Shown here in pieces: positions 57,277 through 64,000 of a stretch of DNA of 64,000 nt. Position 1 is the first letter of the stretch; each line of letters begins with the position of its first letter. Under the pieces are notes generated by a model. It saw nothing but the letters and a program-made list of their open reading frames with translations, was not told the origin of the DNA and did not search any database. The stretch comes from Euglena gracilis. Lineage: Eukaryota. Both the position numbers and the translations under genes were made by a program. The stretch covers positions 45,983,847 through 46,047,846 of the forward strand of contig CP154954.1 of assembly GCA_039621445.1 (NCBI GenBank). Direction: 5' to 3'.

Positions 57277-60200
57277 TTGATGGGTGATGTGGTTGGGGGG
57301 GGTTTAAGTAAACCCCCCCAAATATAACCCCCCCAATGTAACCCCCCCTGAGGACCTTGAAATCCTGCCCGAATGTAAAACCCCGAATATAAAATCGAAA
57401 ATTTTTTTGATTTTGTCGAAAAAAAAATTCGACAAAATCTCTCCTGAAGTTGTGATTTTTGGCAGATTTGGGAGCAATTTTTACCAAAAATTGCTCCTTT
57501 GCCCCAAAAAGTGAAATTTTTAGACCTGTATTTGTGGTTTTGGACCGAAAAAGTGACAACTGGATCCCACCAGAAGTTGATTTTTCCGAATGAATACAAC
57601 CCCCCCCCCAAATATAAAAACCCCCGGGGTCTTGAAATTTCCGCCCAAATATGAAACCGGGGAGGTTTATATTTGGGGGGGGGTTGCTTCTCCGAGATTT
57701 CTGCAGCAGTGGTATTGTTTCAAAGCGAACCCAAGACGCCTCTGCCAACTCCGAGAGCTCTGCCCAAGCCATGGCTGGGCTTGGGGGCCCGAGGCTTCTG
57801 GGAGCGATGCACAGGACTAAAGAAGAATCGTGTTGTTTTGGTGTGCATGTGCATCGTGTGTTGTGTAATGTTGCGTCCATTGTCTCTCTCTGTGTGTATG
57901 TGCGATTGCGCCTCAACCCCAAAAGTGTTTCCTCTCCTGAAAATGGTGCAGCCCTTGGTTTATCCCGGCTTGTATCCCATGTACGGAATCATATGCACCG
58001 AGGTGTCACCCCTCGCCCCCCCCCCAAGTGCACCCAACTTGTCGCCAGCAATGAATGATCATCATGATGATTTTTTTTGCCTCTCAAGGTTGGCTAAAAA
58101 AACATGTGGTAACTCCTCCGGCACAAATGCGTCAGATACAAAAACTGACATCCTTGGGAGTATTTGGTTACCCTCAGGTGAATGTGGGCTTCTGAGGAAA
58201 TGGTGAGCATTTACCCTCCTGTTTCTCGACGCATCAAACAACAAGCTCCCGAGGAATTCAAAAGCAGAATGCACAAAGCAATGAAAGAGGACATTTAGGA
58301 TTTTATTTAGCCCGCAGTGACGTTGAAGGGTCGTTGCGGGATGCCCCATTGTGAACACCCCCAAACCACTTTGCAGTGCTTACCTCCTGATTCTCCAAAA
58401 AGATGCATTATTTTCCACGTTTTTCCTTAAGCAGAGGGGGGCAAAGTTATTTGGATGGATCTTTTTCGGGTTCCCCCCTGCCAAGTCATTGGGCAAACTG
58501 CTCTGTTGTCCGATGGTCGGAAGCATTGAATTGTGTTACAGTTATAAAATGAAACAGCATTTGTTCGCAAATTGCTTTTGGAAAAGTGGTCAGTCGGTCC
58601 TTCGATGGTTTTGGAGTAAAGGAAATTTGCCTGGGTCGGCAGGCGCTGGGGTCCAGAACCGACCCCCTGGAGGGGGGTGCCTGCTATGGGCAGGCACACC
58701 CCATAGCGCAAGGCACCCCCCCCCCCGGTTGGTAAAAAAGAAGCCTGATGGCGGTAGGGGGGTGCCCGCTAGTGTGCCCGTCTGACAAGGGGCTGGCTTC
58801 GCTCCTCCCCCCCCCCCCACTGTGTCTTCCCCAAACCCGGGGCGTTGGCGTCCCCCGTCGGCTGGGCCAGCCCCGGCCTGTGGCCAGCCCCACCGGCCAG
58901 TGGGTGCTGCACCGCCCGGCGGGGGCCCGGCCCCTGCCGTTCGCCGGCGCGGGGCGGGCCGCCGCCGGGGGGCTGCCGCTGCCCCCCGCGGCGCCGGACG
59001 AGCCCCCAGCCCGGCGGGCGCGGCCGGCGATCCCCCTGCCGCTGTGCCGCGATGCTCGTGGGACTGGGGACAGCGGCGGGCGCTCACCCCAACTCCGCGT
59101 CGAGGATGGCAAAAAGAGCCCACATAACAAATGCCGGGGGATTTCCGACCCCCCCCCCTCCAGTGTGTGTCCTACAGGGGGTGGTTGGCAGTGCCCCGCG
59201 GAGCGATCGCTGCCGGCATGCGGAAGACGGGTGGTGGCCGCCGGAGGGCGAGACTTGGAGCAGCGGCGAGGAGGCGGCCCTATGGCAGGGGACGGGCCCA
59301 GAGGACGAGCCTGAGGAGGTTTGGTGGGATGGAGGGCCCAAGACGGCTGACGCAGTTGGTGCCGGGCGAGGGCACTCCCCCTGGCAGTTATTTTTTTTCG
59401 AGACAAGATTGCTAAGACTATGGCAAAAACCCGATGTATGCTGCTTTTGTGTGCTTGCAGTTTGCCAGCGCCTTGAATACTTGCGGCTGCCTGGGGGGGG
59501 GGGGGGGCTGTTTTTTGGTTTTTTGGGGGGAAACCTGGGGGGGGGGCTTCAATGGGGGGTTGTTATTTCGATGGGCTGGCACAAAAAACTGATGCAAGAT
59601 TAGGATTCCAAATATAGTTTGCTTCACAAAAAACCTTGAAACCTTGAAAGAAATGGCAGGAATATGAGTGAATGCCACTGCTTTGAACGTACAACGGGGA
59701 GGGCATCGCGCAATAAATCCTGACAGAAAACCACAGAGGCTGTGCTTCGGTCCCTTCACTTCAGGTGCAGCTTCGATGCCCTCCCGGCGTTGACACATAA
59801 CCCCAGCGCGGCCACTCTGCAGGGTTGTTGCCGTATCCCATGTGGTCCGCAAGCAAAGGCCTGCATCAGAGTTGCATCTGCACAGAGTGCCCGCGCCCCT
59901 CCCGACTGGCAGCCAGACCCGTCGCAGCCCGCTGCGCGGTCCCGAGACCCCGCAATGGAACCGGCGTCGGGCGCGGGCGAGGCCAGCGCTCAGGGGGGCG
60001 ATGGTGGGGCAGCGATGTGGAAGCAGGCCCACCTGTGTGTGGGGGGGGGGAGGCCTCCTGTTGCGGCTACATGGAGAGGGGCTTGGGGGGTGTGCACTCC
60101 TCCCGCCCTGGCACCACTGCTCGCAGCCCCCGGGCAAACGCTTCCGCTGCACAGGGCCTCCCCCGGGGTCCCCCAGTCCCTCTCCCGGCCTTTCCCCTCA

Positions 60201-61403
60201 AGGCGGGGGGGGGTTGGGGGTTGGGGGTTGGGGGTTGGTCCGGACCGGGTTGGCCCCGCGGGGCACCGGGCGGTGTGGCGGGCGGGCCCTGCCGCCGCCA
60301 GCCACGCAGCCGACGTCGGCCGGGGGCCCCGGCAGGCGCCCGGGGCGGGCTGGGCCGTGCACCGGCCGCTGCGGGTCATCGGCGCCGGCGGCCGGGAGGC
60401 GGCGGCCGGGGAAGAGGAGCGGCAGGGACAGCATTTGCAGGTCGAGCCGGAGATGGGTTGGGAGGGGGGGGTGCCTTCTCAAAGGAGATGCACAGAGCAA
60501 TTCCCAACCCCCACACCCCTGGGGGCCAGGAGGGTGTGGTTTGCTTCGTCAGTGAACCTCCCTCCCAAAGCAAGGTGCTGGGTCCGTTGTTGGAAAACTT
60601 GAGGGGGTCTTTTGGGGGGTTCAATCAACTCTGTGTGTTTTGCTGAATATTTTCAAGCTTTTGGTTGGGCCGCGGCCCGCCGAGGTCTAACCAAGGCAAT
60701 TTTTTTCATTTTGATGCCGTCTTTTTCTCGCAATGGTTTTCACCACGATGGTTGGGCCGCAGCCCAACCAAATTTTTGGCCTTTCAGTTCATGTTTGGTT
60801 GGGCTGTAGTTGGCAGCGGCTAACCGCAGCCCAACCTCCCGTAACCATCCAAGCACCATGCCTGGCGATGCATACTCCATGTCCATTTGCTTTGAGTTCA
60901 TTTGATCTGCAGGGTTACTGTCCAATTCCAGCCATTGACAGCTGGATGGTAATTGGCTCCACTAAACACAATACATCAAAAAATACCAGGAACACTCGGA
61001 TGGTGTGGAGATGAAACGGAGACGTTGTTGTTAATGAAAGTTGTTAATGATTGGGTTAGGTGAATATGCACTCAAAAGAAGGTGAGATAATAGAGGAGTG
61101 ATGAAAGAGATGAGGAAATCCAAAAAATCCAAATCCAAAAAAAGACCCCTCTCAATACTGCGAAAATGTCCCCCAACAAGGAGTGGGCGATTCTTTTTAA
61201 TTCCGGAGCTTTTTTTAAACGTATGTGATAAACTTATGTGTTTTGGAGACAATTTTTTGTTTGCTAATAGTGCAAACCCTGCTTTTGGGACGGGATGGGT
61301 AAACCCCCCCATTTATGAACACCCAAAGGTTTATTGGATCTGGTTTGGTTGGTCAGCCGAAGGGGGAGGGGGTCACCCCCCAAGAATTGTCTCCAAAATA
61401 ATA

Positions 61404-62225
61404 CAGTGGGGGAACTAAATAATGGGACACCTGAGAATTTTGTGGGGTCACACCCAACCCCAGCTCCAAAGCCTCTGCCAGCCCATGGGATATGGTGATG
61501 GTGTGTGCATATTGGCATGGCCCTGCCCCACGCAGCAGTGCCCCAGCCAGCTCTGCTGCAGCACACTGTGCAAAATTCAAGGCCAATCCTATGCAAGCAG
61601 GTTTTTTCCATTTCCTTCCCTTCCTTTTGGACTCCGAAGCAAACCCAGCCTCAGGTAAGGGGACGAGGCGGCTCACACTGCAGTGAGTGGCATTGGACCT
61701 CAACTTTGAACAATGCAAGTTAACAACCCCTGTCAACGTGGGCTGATGGGCGATGGCTTCGATATGCCGACCAATTTGGGCAAAAGGAGGAGGCCAAAAG
61801 TGGTAATTTTCGCCCAAATTGGTCAGCATGTCGAGGTCATCGCCCCATCAGCCAACGTTGACAAAATTACCGAAAATTACCACTTTTGGCCTCCTTTTGC
61901 CCAAATTGGTCGGCATATCGAGGCCATCGCCCATCAGCCCACGTTGACAGGGGTTGTTAACTTGCATTGTTCAAAGTTGGGGTCCAATGCCACTCACTGC
62001 AGCGCAAGCTGCCTCGTCCCCTTACCTGAGGCTGGGTCAGAAAATGGAAAAAAACCTGCTTGCATAGGATTGGTCTGAATTTTGCACAATGTGCTGCAGC
62101 AGAGCTGGCTGGGGCACTGCTGCGTGGGGCAGGGCCATGCCAATGTGCACACGCCATCACCAGCTGGGGGGTTGGGTGTGACCCCACAAAATTCTCAGGT
62201 GTCCCACTATTTAGTTCCCCTATTG
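61404..62225. mobile_element. Foldback element with arms of roughly 350-410 bp, TA-flanked (Tc1/mariner-like ends)
   Basis: 61404-61810 is inverted relative to about 61872-62225; ta|CAGTGGGGGAACTAAAT...ATTTAGTTCCCCTATTG|ta. Confidence 0.8.
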
Positions 62226-62838
62226 TAGGAATCGAAGGAAATTCCTGGGAACTGTCCATCACCGTGCATAGACCTCCAAGGTCAGGTGCGCACCCGTTCT
62301 GGGCCGCCATCAGGCATACCTACCCCCCCCCCCCGGGAAATTGTCATGCCCGAGAACCTGTCAGGGTCTCACCCGGAAACTGTCAGGGTCCCTGGTACCG
62401 GCCAACCTGTCATGATAGGAAGTTGTCAGGGTCCCCGGTACTGGCCAACCTGTCAGGTGACAGTTTCCCGGGGGGGGGGGGGGTAGGTGTGTAACCCCCC
62501 CCCAATAGAAGCACAGGTGCATTTATAACAGACTGCCGCCTCCAGCGGCGGGGTGTGCGCTTCAATGGACCCTGCACCTGCACCATTTTTGTTGACTTCC
62601 TTTTGGAAATCCCATCAAAATGAGGGGTGTGCTTGTGGTGGACCGCCGCCTTCAGCGGCGGGGGGTGCGCTTTTATTTGGACCCTGTGCTTGTAGCGGCC
62701 CCGTGCTTCTATAGGGGGGGTTGTTAATGGGGTATGTTAATGGGCTATTGGGGGGTCGGCTGTTAGTCTCAGCACTACACAAAACCTGTAAGTCAAGGAA
62801 TTGTTGATGAAAATCCGACCCAATGACCAGGCACCTAT

Positions 62839-64000
62839 GCCGACCGCAGCCGACCGCAGCCGACCGCAGCCGACCGCAGCCGACCGCAGCCGACCGCGGG
62901 TTTCAGGACTGTCATAGGTGGGGTGCCGACCGCAGCCAACCGCAGCCGACCGCAGCCGACCGCAGCCGACCGCAGCCGACCGCAGCCGACCGCGCAACTT
63001 TTTTCCAATTGATGTCAATTTTTCAGTGAGAATGAGGAATTAGGCTCATTTTTATCCCAGATGTTGAGATTTTTCCGGCTCATCTGGCTGATGTTGTCAC
63101 TTTTGGCCACTTTTGGCCATTTTTGGCCGTTTTTGGTCGCTTTTGTCCCCTTTTGGCCCATTTGCCACCATAATTCACCCATTTTGACCTATTTCGACCA
63201 TTTTTGGCCATTTTTTGCCCACTTCTTGTAATTTCGGGCCATTTTGTCCTGCTCTTGGGCCATTTTGGGCCATTTCGGGCCATTTCTGACCATTTAAAGC
63301 CACTTTCGACCTTTTCTTTTGTTATTTTTGCCCATTTTTTTTTTGGTCTCTTTTTGGTCCAATTTGACCATTTTGACCATTTTGCGCCAGTTTGTTGCCA
63401 AAAGTGAACAAAAGCTGCTAAAGTGACCCAAATTGGCCAAAAGCAGGGTCATTTTGGGCCATTTTTGGGCATTTTTTTGTTCTTTTTGCCTGCTTTTGGA
63501 ACTTTTGGCCATTTTAACCATGTTTTGCCACTTTTAGGCCATCTTTAGGTCACGTTTGACTGCTCTTGATGTCAAAAGCAACACAAAGACGTTTAAAGTG
63601 GCCTGAAAGTGGCCAGAAGTGGGTAAAAATGGCCAAAAGCAGAGAAAGTGGTCAAAAGTGGGTTAAAGAGGCCAAAAGTGGTCAAAAGAGGTCAAAGCAA
63701 AGCAAAAGCTGGCCAAAGCAGCCAAACCACAGCAAAAAGTGGGCAAAAGCAACAAAAGTGACCAAAAGAAAGCAAAAGGCAGGAAATAATGGGCAAAGGC
63801 AGCAAAAATTGACCAAAAGTCGGCAACAGTGGCCAAAAGCAGTCCAAAAGCATCAAAAACTGGCCAAAAGCAGCGAAAAGTGGCCAAAAGTTGGCAACAA
63901 TGGATTGTGTGATTGTATGCTCATTTTTTGTTGGCCTGCCCCCCACCTACAGCCAACTACTTTGCCGACCGCTGCCGACCGCAGCCGACCGCAGCCGACC
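62839..64000. repeat. (CCGACCGCAG)n decamer blocks flanking opposed TTTTGGCCA / TGGCCAAAA arrays
   Basis: Decamer runs at 62839-62897, 62926-62993 and 63965-64000; strand skew switches near 63570. Confidence 0.8.

Overview
Eukaryotic nuclear DNA, most likely from a photosynthetic euglenid (inferred from the polyprotein linkers and the non-conventional introns). About 47 kb of the window (495-47177, minus strand) is a single spliced gene with at least 27 exons encoding a photosystem I PsaD polyprotein. It has five tandem PsaD(-like) units joined by four exon-encoded linkers ([15 protein letters not shown] type) and only one stop codon. Unit 4 is a strongly divergent, truncated PsaD-like domain, and unit 2 carries two frameshifts as assembled. 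The 5' end and plastid presequence were not resolved. Of the 26 introns, 23 are GT-AG and 3 are euglenid non-conventional (CAG at +4..+6, CTG at -8..-6). Because the units are paralogous, filled and empty intron sites can be compared directly. One non-conventional intron is a 71-bp CAGGGCT...AGCCCTG element flanked by a perfect 8-bp direct repeat that is single-copy in the intron-free units. At least 12 free MITEs in the window share these CAG...CTG-type ends and 8-bp target-site duplications, which suggests the non-conventional intron rule is the geometry of a hAT-type insertion spliced at position 5|3 of its TSD. The rest is MITEs, foldback elements, a 77-bp satellite, telomere-like tracts, a decayed possibly Crypton-like ORF and unresolved GC-rich coding-like blocks. 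All coordinates were read by eye and no searches were run.
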